A stretch of 64,000 bases of DNA, from positions 20,450,213-20,514,212 of the forward strand of contig OZ234493.1 of the NCBI GenBank assembly GCA_965153455.1. The letters are read 5' to 3'. The notes beneath the pieces are model-generated. The model was given only the letters and a program-made list of their open reading frames with translations. It made no database searches and was not told where the DNA came from. Source of the DNA: Sphagnum compactum (lineage: Eukaryota). Below, piece by piece: positions 38,029 through 49,400 of this stretch; within the stretch, counting starts at the first letter, position 1; each line of letters begins with the position of its first letter. A program made the translations under genes and the position numbers.

Positions 38029-41000
38029 ATGGACAGGTTTGTGAATCAAGTCACTGCCACTTATTACTTGAGGCAACAAGAGGAGGAGGAGGAGCAGCAG
38101 CAGCAGCAGCAGAAATGGGGTACAACAGAGTTAATAGCATTGAATCAGCAGCAGCAGCAGCAGATGATGATGATGGCAGCAACAGCAGCATCTGGGTTGA
38201 GCAGCATTGGTGAGCAGCAGCAGCTTCAGCACCATCCCAAGTTCCAGGTAGATGATGTGGTTTTGGCAGAGCTGATGGATATGGAGATTCCCTTCTGCAG
38301 TGAGCAGATTCTGGTAGAACAGCCATGGATGAGCAGCAGCAACTGTATCCCTGCTGTTGCTGCTGAGTTTGCCTTCAACTTCTCAGGCCATCAGCACCAC
38401 CTCTACAGCAACAGCAACAGCACCACCTTTGCCAATTTGCAGGCAGGATGCTTGCCGCCACCTGCAAATTCCTTTTGGCCACTGGGTCACCCAATCCCAT
38501 CACCTCACTTCCCTGTGAGCCAAGAAGAATCTGAAGAAATCCATGGCTCTGATTTTACTACCACGCCACCACCACAAGGAAATCTCAGAAGCACAATCTC
38601 TGGGGAGAATTTTGCAGAGCTTTCACAATTGCTGTTCGGGGTGACTGCCAACAACAGCACTGAGGGTGCGGGGGAAGAAGGAGAGGCAGCAGAGTACTCA
38701 GCCATGATGCCAGGGGAACAACTCCAGAGCCTAATACCATTACCACCACCACCACCCCTCGTCCAATGTAGGAGCTTCAGCAGAAACCATGAGACAGCAG
38801 GAGGAGAAGGAATTCTGCAGCACAATTCAAGCATTTTCTGTTATGAGAAAGCATTGGAGGATTTGGTCACATCTTGTTCTTCTCCTTCACTGGAGGACGA
38901 GGAGGCCAGAAGCAGTGGCCAGGTGAAGCAAGTCTCAAGGGCAAGGGCAAGGTCAAGAGGAGCAGCAGCAGCAGGGCGGTCGGATCATCATGGTTTGACA
39001 TTACAGGAACGAACAATGCAAGCTTTGCAGTACATTGGAAAGGCATGTGTGGATGTACTGGTGCAGGTGTGGATGCCAATGAAGACAGACGATAACAGAG
39101 TGCTGCTCACAACACGTGAACAACCCTTTGTACTGGAGCACAAGACAGATCACCGTCTCTGGTACTACCGAACTGTCTCTGAGGAATATGAGTTTGCAGT
39201 CACCAGCAGCTCACCAGGACTTCCGGGCCGAGTCTTCTTGCAGCAGGTGCCAGAATGGACACCCAATGTGCAGTTCTACAATAGCCAGGAGTATCTGAGA
39301 GTCAAGGATGCACAGAAGTACGATGTCAGAGGCACTCTGGCAGTACCTGTCTTTGAACCTTCCTCCAGGAATTGCCTGGCTGTCATCGAGCTTGTCATGG
39401 GTGCTGAGAAATTGCAGTATGCGCCTGAAATTGACATCATTTGTAGAGCTCTGCAGGTGCGGGGGATGGGAATTTTTCTTCACTCAAAACCTTAGATTCC
39501 TAAAGAATTTTCTTGTGCCTGTGTAGCCTCTCTAAGGTCTCCTTTTTCTTCATCATCCTTCGGGTTTTGGTTTCCAACATGAACAAGGGTGAGGAGAAAG
39601 AGTTTGTGATGTGGGCTGATGGTGTATGTGGGTGTCCCTTGTTTTGCAGTCTGTGAACCTGGCATCCTCAGATGGAACAGAGCTTCCAGCACTAGAGGTA
39701 TAACATAAGCCAAAACCCATGAGTTTCTTTTCATTGTTTCTTGGATTTCAGTACCATAGATAAATTGCTAGAAGTTCCATGGAAGAAATTATCTGTTGTG
39801 GTTGCTGATTTTTGGAGAGTTTGTTTTTGCATCAGATGCGAACTCAGGGACGTCAAGCTGCACTAGCAGAGATTGCTGAGGTGTTAACTGCAGTGTGTGA
39901 GACTCACAAGCTGCCTCTGGCACAGACTTGGATTCCTAGTAGTGTCACCTGTCATGGCAGGAACTTCATAGACAGCAACAACAGCAATGACAGCAATAGG
40001 AGATTCATGAATTCATATGAAAGCAGTAGCAGCAATAGTAGTAGTAGTAGCAACAACAAGGACAATGGTTCAGGTGGTAGGAGCCGTGTGTGCCTCAGGA
40101 CTGCAGATGGTCCTCACTATGTCAATGATCCTCGTGTTTGGGGATTCCGCCATGCTTGCTCTGAACACTTTCTGGAGAAGGGGCAAGGGCTTCCTGGCAA
40201 AGCCTATGTGTCAAACCAACCTTCGTTTGAACCGGATGTCAAGAACTATAGCAAGATTGAGTACCCTCTCGGTCATTATGCTCGTTTGTTTGGCCTTGGT
40301 GCTGCTGTTGCCATTCGCCTCCGAAGCATTCATACTGGCAGTGATGACTATGTGCTGGAGTTTTTCTTACCACCTACTTGTGTCAACAGTCAAGAACAAC
40401 AAGTGGTGTTGAACTCGCTGTCCATCACCATGCAACGTGTGTGTCGAAGCTTGCGCACTGTTTCTGACAAAGAGTTACAAGAAGAGAAAGGCCATGAATT
40501 TCAATTTGAGGAAAACTATCAGAGCAACTCAGGAGGCTCACTCAGAGTAAGCACTGTTGGCACACTGGCCAGCCCTGACACTGGTGAAAAACAAGAAGAA
40601 GTTGAAGACCCACAAATTTCAAATTTGCAATCCTTGAATGGAGCCGAGATTGAAGAATCAGGTGAACTCACAGAGGAAGGTAGTTTAGTGTTCACATCAA
40701 TGAGAACGGGTTTGGATGCCACAACTCAAAAGCAAAGGCTTGACAGGAGGAGAGGAACGAGTGAGAAGACAATTGGGCTTGACGTTATACAGCAATATTT
40801 TACTGGCAGCCTCAAGGATGCAGCCAAGAGCATTGGGGGTGAGTCTATTCTTCTTCCAGAGCTTGCAAACCTGCCTCTCTTTATCTCTTGTGAAATGGGT
40901 TGTTTATGTAAGAATGAATTGAAATGAACTTGGGTCTTTTCATGAGTATCTTACTGCCTCTTTCTTTCACTTGGGTTGTGTTGCAGTGTGTCCAACAACA

Positions 41001-41996
41001 CTAAAGAGGATTTGCAGACAACATGGGATCTCAAGGTGGCCATCTCGGAAGATCAACAAAGTGAATCGCTCATTGAAGAAGCTCCAGGGAGTGATAGAAT
41101 CAGTGCATGGTGCAGATGTGCACCTTCACTTAACTGCTGCACGTGCAACCACAGACCTCAGTCCCCCAAAAGAAAATACCCATGTGAGACTGCTCGATGT
41201 GCACAATACCCAGTGTGATCAGATTAGGGTTCAAGAGTCGGCAGACGTGCAGAAAAACAATGATAGAAATTCAAGTTCCACATCATCTCATTCCAGGCCA
41301 GGTTCAAATCCCAATGCATTCGATGGAGTTGCAGATGGAGGAGGAGCTGAGAGTATGACTGGTCGAGATGCTGCTAAAGCCCTCAGAGCAGAGGCTATGG
41401 AAATCTTTGGTGAGAGCAAGAGCAGCATGAGCATCTCCGAAGTTCCCACCTTCTCTGAAGACAGTGGAGTTGGTGATGATAAATCTTCAGATGCCATTGA
41501 AGCAGCTGATTGGGCAAACCACAAATCTGACTCTGTTTTCATTGAATCTCAAGTGCATGGAAGTTGTGGAGCCCTCACAGCAGTGGTCACACATGCTGAA
41601 TGCATTCCATATCCTCTTGAGGCAGATCAGATTAGTGGTCATGCTCATGAACAATCAAAAGAATCAGGCTCGTCTCATGCTCCTCAGGGCAACGAGTGCA
41701 GCTCACCATCATCAGGCATCGGGAATATGCCCTCATCAGTGACAGTGAAGGCAACTTTTGAAGCAGACACAGTTCGTTTCAAGCTTGCATTCGGCTCCAG
41801 TTTCATGGAACTGAAAAATGAGATAGCGCTCAGATTTCAGTTCAATGGACGAGACTTTGATCTCAAATATCTTGATGATGACAAAGAGTGGATGTTACTC
41901 ACTTGTGACAGAGACTTGAGTGAATGTATTGATGTGATGCAATCCTTGGGAGGTCATGTGATCAAACTCCTGGTTGCAATGGCCACAAGAACTTGA
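38029..41996 (+). CDS. NLP: NIN-like protein (RWP-RK/PB1 transcription factor with GAF-like N-terminal region), predicted 1162 aa
   Basis: Exons 38029-39456, 39650-39697, 39836-40838 and 40987-41996, all GT-AG and in frame. Motifs: [82 protein letters not shown], and PB1 [13 protein letters not shown]. Poly-Q N-terminus. Confidence 0.96.
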
Positions 41997-42178
41997 GAGA
42001 TTTGCAGATTTTGGAACTGCAAAATCCTTACCTCCATCAATCAACAGCTGCATCATCAAGTTTTGGGTAATTGCCTGAGAGGTGAGTTTTCTCATCAAAG
42101 CATTTCCTACACCAAATTGTGTATATATCTCTTCAAAATGGAGAAATTGCAAAATCAGGCTAGAACTCTCTGACATTG

Positions 42179-42504
42179 TCACTTCTGTTGGAAATTCAGG
42201 TAATTGACATGGAAGGCAAATACACAAGTTTGCAAAGAGGATAGTGAAGACAAAACAAAGCATAGAATGGGCGAGTCCTAGAAGAGGATTCTGGACAGCA
42301 AGCTCTCAAGGACAATGATGGAATTCTCAACATCTGGGTCACATAATTTTGTAGTTTTATGATTTGGAGGTCACACTTCTTTGGTGACGTTATACCACTC
42401 ATATGATGTCACCAAACCATGTAGCAGCAACTGGTCTGTACAAAGCCCATGCCATTCATTAAGCATATGCCCAATAGGGTCATACCACAACCATTTGGAA
42501 TAAG
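42179..42504 (-). pseudogene. Degenerate duplicate of the ABCG terminal exon
   Basis: Begins TGCAG|CTTATTCCAAATGG as at 43727. It shares CTTCTAGGACT, TTGTCTTCACTATCCTCTT and GTGTATTTGCCTT, and ends TACCTGAATTTCCAACAGAAGTGA (YLNFQQK*) versus YLNFQHR* in the real exon. Frameshifted. Confidence 0.88.
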
Positions 42505-42906
42505 CTGCACACACACACACTCAAAAAAAGTTTCAAGATTTTTCACTAGCATGTTGTTTCTCCTGTTCAACTGTTGGGTTTGAGAGAGTGCTGCTGCATA
42601 TCTCTCTATGCACACACACTCTCATATGTATGATGTACTTTGTTTTCAATCACAAGCTTTCAAGCTTGTTTCCAGAAATCAGAAGCTGTAAAACTTTGTG
42701 ATTCAATAGCAGTCCATGTCTTCTTTTGCGTTATGTGACAGCTTGCTGGCCATGTTGCTTCAGATAACTGTTTATCCTTGATCCAGATCATTTATATTGT
42801 GGACCTGATGTCAAGTATTGCATGCTAAAATACAAACAGAATGTATTTCTGTGAAGAAAGAATGTAGGAGAGTCTGCATTCTTTCTTTGGGGTGTTTCAC
42901 TGGAAA

Positions 42907-43180
42907 GTGTGATCAGATGCCATATCCAGATTCAGATGCTCAAGTGCTAAGTGTGATCAGATTCCACTTCCAGATTCAGATGCTCAGGTGCTAAGTATGA
43001 CCAAATGACAGTTCCAGATTCAGATGCTCACTGGGTAATTTTGTGTGACCAGATTCTGGTTCCAGATTCAGATGCTCACTGGGTGTTTTTGTTGCAACCA
43101 GACTCCAGTTCCAGATTCAGATGTTCAAAGGGTGCTTTTGTTGTGAAAAGATTTAGAGATCCAGATTCCAAATGCTCAGG
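42907..43180. repeat. ~44-49 bp minisatellite, about 6 copies, between the convergent genes
   Basis: Core TCCAGATTCAGATGCTCA repeated. Confidence 0.9.
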
Positions 43181-43454
43181 ATAACAATGAACAGAAATTC
43201 TGGGTATGGGTTGGTACTGCCACCTCTGATTCAAGTGTTTTATGACTTAACAGCATCAAAATGTTGCAAGATGTGTTCATCACCCATCCATGGTATTAGA
43301 AATCAGCACACATTGGCTGGCTGTAGACCCTAAACCCTAAACCCAAGTGCTGGAGGAAAACAAAAAATCACCTGACTTGGTCTAGAGAGACAAAGAGCAT
43401 AACTAGAAACATTCAGCTAAATTATGGTTGCTACAAATGGTTTTTGCAATTTTG

Positions 43455-46400
43455 TCACCGATGTTGGAAATTCAGGTACTTGATACCAAAGGCAAATACA
43501 CTTCCGAAGAGGATAGTGAAGACAACCGGCATGGAAACCGCAAGTCCTAGAAGATTGTAATAAAATCCAAACGTCTGAGACACAAATTCCCGTACTTGTA
43601 TCGCAGAGCCACCACCAATTGGCTCGACAAGTGAGGTTACATCACCAAATTGTGTGATGATAAGTGCATACAAAGTCCATGCCACTGGACATGCCCAGTA
43701 GTACCATACCCACCATTTTGGAATAAGCTGCATACACCAAAAAAATAAACAATTAAAAAAAATTCAATACATTCCAGGAGCTCACAATTTTTATTTTTTT
43801 CCTCCTTCCTTCATTCCTTCCTTCTTTCCTTCCCCCTTTTTGCGAAATTGTTGTTTTAAACCCTAAACCCCTATGTCGGGTGGTTCGATTGTTCTCAAAT
43901 TGAAAACCAGTTGGTTTGAAGGGCCATGGTATATGAACCCTTGGGCAGTTCTCCCTTCTTTTTTTCAAAGAAAAAATTGACGGGTAAGAGTTGGGTATAT
44001 GAGCCCTTGAGCAGTGGCTCTTCACAAAATCCATTTTGATCTTTGGATAGCAACAAATTCAAAGAACCTTCAGTTCCAGATTTTGGAAAAGTTTCAGAAT
44101 CTGAAGAACCTTGGTTCCAGTTCACAGGAACTGGTGAGTTTTCACAAAATTCATAGAACCAGTTTGACCCTTAACCCCTAAACATCAGGACAGTGTGAAT
44201 TCACACTGAAAAGCTTTTTCAGCCCATATTGGGCCTGTCTGATGTTCAGGGGTTAACCCCGGATCTAAGAATATCAAAGAACCTACCCTAAACAGCCGGT
44301 TCTATGCTGGTTCTTTCATGAAAACCACCAGTTATTTGAAAATTTTCAAAAACCTGGTTCTTTCATGAAAACGAGAGATTCTTTTTTTTTTTTTTTTGGA
44401 ATTTTTTTTCAAACTGAATCTGGAGGTTTTGTGATTCTGAAAATTTTCAAAAAACCAGAACTTGAAGTTGTTAACAAAATCAAAAGAACCACATAACATT
44501 GGTTGGTGCATTCTTTGCTCTAGGCACAATATTCTTATATGTGTACTCCTGCATTCATTCATGAGCTGTGCTTTTTTGGCAGATCAAAGCACTGACTTGC
44601 AGACAAAAATTATGTCAAATTGTGATTGGATATTAGGGTAAAAAATTGTTCAAATTATAGTGAAATAATTTTTTCGAGTTAGAGTTATATGAAATAGTTA
44701 ATACACTAGAAAAACCAGTGCCACACTTCACCAAAATGCTAAGGGAATTCAAAACCCAGTCTCTCTGGAAGGCTACTAAAAGTAAGAAGAAGATTGCAGT
44801 AAAAAAATGGGAAAATGGGTTCACGATTTTCACTTACAGGTCTGAAGATCAAGAAGCCCGAAAAGAGATTGAAAATAGAGTAAAATCCAGAGGCGACAAT
44901 AGCCGCAATCTGATGATTGGGTGTCAATGCTACGGCCATCATTCCATAGTATGTGAAGTAAAGCAAGGAGAAGAACGTAATAAACACATACCAAAAGAAC
45001 TTAGGTGCGGTCCATGTGAAATTAATCATTGAGTACGTGATCAAAGCATACACTAAGGTTTGTGCCAAACAGTATGGTAATTCAATTAACACCTGCAAAA
45101 ACTCACAAAACATTTCTTCCCAATTAGCTCTACAATATTGCTCTTCCTTCTCCATGACACCTCTTGTGCAGGGTTTTATTTTTTGAAATTTTGTGAGGTG
45201 GGTGGTCGTGTGGCAATCATCCACAAGAGGACTACAGGTCGAAAAGGAAAGTAAAAAAGTTTAGTAATCTTGCTATATTTTGGCAACATGCTCGAACCTA
45301 TTGTCTAAATCTGGTGATTTCAGATTTTTTCTTTTGACATTCAGTGAAGTCAGGAAAAGAGAGCACTGGTACCCTGAGTTTTGTCATACACAGGGTGAGA
45401 TTAACAAAAACCCTGCAAAAAAGTACATTAGCATTCAAGGGGGGGTGAAACTCAGAAAACCATCAATTTTGATGGTTTTCACCCTGTCTTTCTTTTTTCC
45501 TGAGCGGCTCCACTGCTGCTACATATAATTTTCACTGCTCCTACCTGTACAGCTACTATAATTTCTCTCGAACCTTGTGCATTAAATGCTGAGATTCAGC
45601 ATTTCGTACTGAGTTTCAGCTTTTCATAGTGAATCTCCTTACTTTACGGATACCACTAAAGGAATATTCCAATCGAACCATGTGACCCAAAAAATCACTG
45701 AATCTCCAATCGAACCATGTGACCCAAAAACTTGATAAAATTGAACTGCATCAAAGACCCAATATTTTGTTTTTCATTTTCTCCGAAATTCCATAACTGT
45801 GTGAAGGAATGTTCCAGTTTGAATGTGGCATCATCATAAGCAACTTGATAAATGCAACTTCATGAAAGACCCAAAAACTTTGCATTTTCTCAAATGCCCA
45901 AAAACCTTTTAACTTCGCCCCATTTTGCAATGAATACCCACCAAAAAAACTATTTTGTGATATTTTAGAATTTTATTAACAAAAAAATTATTTACCTGTG
46001 CTATTGCATAAGGGATTGCAGAGTACATGCCAGCTGCCCTTTCTCTGTAGAAGATGGTGCGCTCAATTGCCACTATAGGTTGAACTGTGGCAGCATTTTG
46101 CACACCAATAAACAAGACTGCACCATACATGGATCCCATTACACTAAATAGATTAACCTGCTTATTCCTGCAAACACAAAATCCAAGGTTAGGAAAAAAA
46201 ACCCAAAAAATAAAAATAAAAATATGAACAATGAAACCTCCAAGGTAGAATGGGTTTGATTCTTTACTTAAATTCTAAACAGGAAATTGCCAAAAATAAA
46301 AATAAAAATTCATTGATTGCATTAGTATTGTTTGGGTTTGTCAATAACAAAATGAACAATCAAAAATTATGCCACCAGAATTCTAAAGATAAGTGATTCA

Positions 46401-49400
46401 TTACATCAAAATATTGTATATATTTGAATTGTGTAACTTACGTCTTTTGCCCCAAATTCCAAAAGATGGTGCCAAGGAGTATAGCGGAGACAAAAGTGAA
46501 TGACATTCGGACAAGGTTGTAGTCTGGACTACGCCAATACGTCCACCACTGTTTCCAAAAACATGCTGCTATTTGTGTGAAAAATGGCTGTGAATATGTT
46601 GTGTGGAAATATAAGTCCTGGGAGTCCGGTGGAGGCACACTCAACGCCTTCACCAATATTTTAATTTGCCTGCAATTTATAAACCAAGTCACCCTCAAAC
46701 TTGGTTATGGCTAATCCACTTACAATTGGCTGACTTTCCTGTCTGATGTATCACTGAAATTTTCACAGTCTGAGCAAATTGTACTGTGAATTGACCTCCA
46801 AAATATGCCAAGTGTTTCTCCTTTAAATGCAACCTCTTGTGCAAAACCCATTGTTCCCAAATCCAGGAATTCCAGATTCCTAACGACTCTGACATTTTCT
46901 ATGATTTTTATAATATGTAAATCGGGAGCATTAGTGTACTGAAAGGCTGAACTCATGAATGAAGTAGCTTGTCAAGAGAAAGCATTCCTAGTGTTAAAAA
47001 GGTGCATTTTTATTTTCCTTGTGGAATATTTATTTATCTAGTGGGCAATGGAAATTGTCATTGGGAATTTAATTTGAAATGATTTGATTAAACCTCCTAT
47101 TTTAATGGTAACTTACTCAAAAAGGGCAGAATTTCTGTATATTTCTGCAAAATCAATGCCAAGTTGACTCTCAACAGAAATATTGCTCACTTCCAACATC
47201 CATGTTGCTGGGTTATAACCCTCCTTTATCTTTTGCACCCCCGGAACAGCCTGCATAAATTTGCCCTATAAAATTTCAGCAAGGATTCCACTACCCATAA
47301 TAGCACATGAGATGATTTTTATTTTATTTTTGGTGACTTTAATTATTGTTGTTACATGTTCACCCTGACATTAAATAATCCAAATTATGTGTAGACTAAA
47401 TATTTTGTACAAAGATTTTTATTTTATTTTATTTTATGTCCAGACATAGGTTTAGGTTTTATAAATTAGAACAAAAATACAAACACTTTGAAATCCAAAA
47501 CAAGGTATTGTATGAATGAATTTTTATTTTCATTTTTTCAAATTGATAATGTGAATAGAGCTCACCTCAAAATACTCAATAAGTTGGTGGGAATGGCGCC
47601 CCAATGGACCCATATATATCACTTGACCTCCCCGCTTCATTAACAACATCTATCGTAACAACAACACTAAGTCTTGTGGTTAGTCAAAGATTAAGAAGCG
47701 TTTGTCACATTGCCACTTTGATAGAGCAAATTGTTAACACGTTTGCAAAGAATTTTCATTTATATATGCAACGACCATCAATTTGAAACCTAATTTTTAG
47801 GTGTGACTAAGATAAAATATGAATTTTAAAAACCATTTTTCACATACGACTTTAAGATTATTTCATGCTATTGTAAACAAAATGAAATTACATATCTAAT
47901 ACTATTTACATGCGACCTTAAAAATAATTGTTTACATGTGACCGTAGCACGGATGTGAGGTGGGAGTGAACATGCAAATGATAGGCTCACCTCATCAAAA
48001 GCTTCAAAGATGTCAATGCTTGGCTGATGAATGGTGCAAACAACAGTTCGACCCGTATTGACGGTGTTTCTCACAGTTCTCATCACAATAGCCGCCGCCC
48101 GTGCATCCAAACCACTTGTGGGTTCATCCATGAAAATAATAGACGGGTTGGCAACAAGTTCAACTGCGATTGTTAAACGTTTGCGTTGCTCGGTTGACAG
48201 CCCGGTTACTCCCGGTAGACCCACTAATGCATTCTCCAATGGTGTTAACTCCACTAAATCCATCACCTCATCCACGAATTGCTGCAAAAAATGTTTTGTC
48301 ATACCCATCCTGGATTTTAAAAAAAATAAAATCCCCGGACCCACTTTTTTTTCTTTTTTTATATGGGCATATTGGGGATCATCAAAAACCGGAAAATAAT
48401 AAATAAAAAGTCAAGTTCCAAGGACAAATTCCTCATCATCACCAATTGAGATTTTCAAAAATAAAAGAAAATACACTTTTGAGCTTGAAAGGATTACCAA
48501 TGTATACCTCTCGGGTCTCGTGGTCAATCTCGGCAGGGAGACGGAGCCATGCAGAGTAGATAACGGACTCTCGGACAGTGACCTGGGGGGAGTGGATATC
48601 GTTTTGTTCACAGTATCCAGAAATACGTGCGAAAGTTGCCTGGTTTTTGGGAAACCCGGAGATGCGGATATCACCCTCAATATAGCCACCGGTTTTGCGA
48701 CCCGCGAGCACATCCATAAGAGTTGTCTTCCCGGCACCACTTACTCCCACCAAGGCTGTCAACACACCCGGTCTAAATGCACCGGTTATGCCGCACAACA
48801 ATTGAAGCCGGTCTTCGTCTAGCCCTTGTTTCTTCATTTCCTGGAGACAGAAATTAACTAGGGTCATTTGGTTGTTGATCTATGCAACAACTGAAGAATG
48901 TATATGTTATATATATATATATAATCTTAACCAAAGAACACCGTCCTCATTATCATCATTTACTTATAGTACCAAAATGCCTATGCATGGTTGCATCAGC
49001 ATTTTTTTTTTGTGGCCATTTTTTCCATTTTGCGGAAAATATAATGGAAAAACACCATTCTATCATAAATTCCCTTTTGGAGGGGGGGAAAAAACACCGA
49101 AAAATGAAATTTTTAAAAAAAATTCACATATATGTGCCATTACATAATGTCAAATTTCCATTTTAATGTATAATATGAGGCACAATAAATATCCCATATT
49201 CTGCATTGTAATGGATGAAACCTCAAAGTTTACCTCACACATGTGTCATGCGCCATGAGAGAAAAAACCACCTTCTCTTGCAGTGAAAACGGCATTGTTT
49301 CTTTCATCATGGAAACTTTGGCTGGGTTTGCCAGAGAAGTACAAGTTTCAAGACATTCTTTTGAATATCAGGATCCTTTCATTTTTCTTCTCTTAATTCT

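Noticed and set aside
37710..38079. Repetitive-peptide ORFs (37710-37988, 37748-38044, 37759-38079)
   Set aside because: They are by-products of a 45-bp (multiple of 3) tandem repeat, have non-ATG starts and show no recognisable domain.
39457..39835. NLP as three separate ORFs, or exon 1 running to 39495
   Set aside because: Canonical splice sites and a 48-nt exon join the parts into a single frame.
42907..43180. Regularly spaced repeat core resembling a CRISPR array
   Set aside because: The linkers are homologous to each other rather than unique, there are no cas genes, and the context is a eukaryotic intron-containing locus.
43328..43343. Interstitial telomeric repeat (AAACCCT)
   Set aside because: Only about two units, which is common in plant non-coding DNA.
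44175..44252. tRNA gene, suggested by size and cloverleaf-like dyads
   Set aside because: There is no T-loop GTTCRA or D-loop consensus in the right positions. TIR plus TTAA explains it better.
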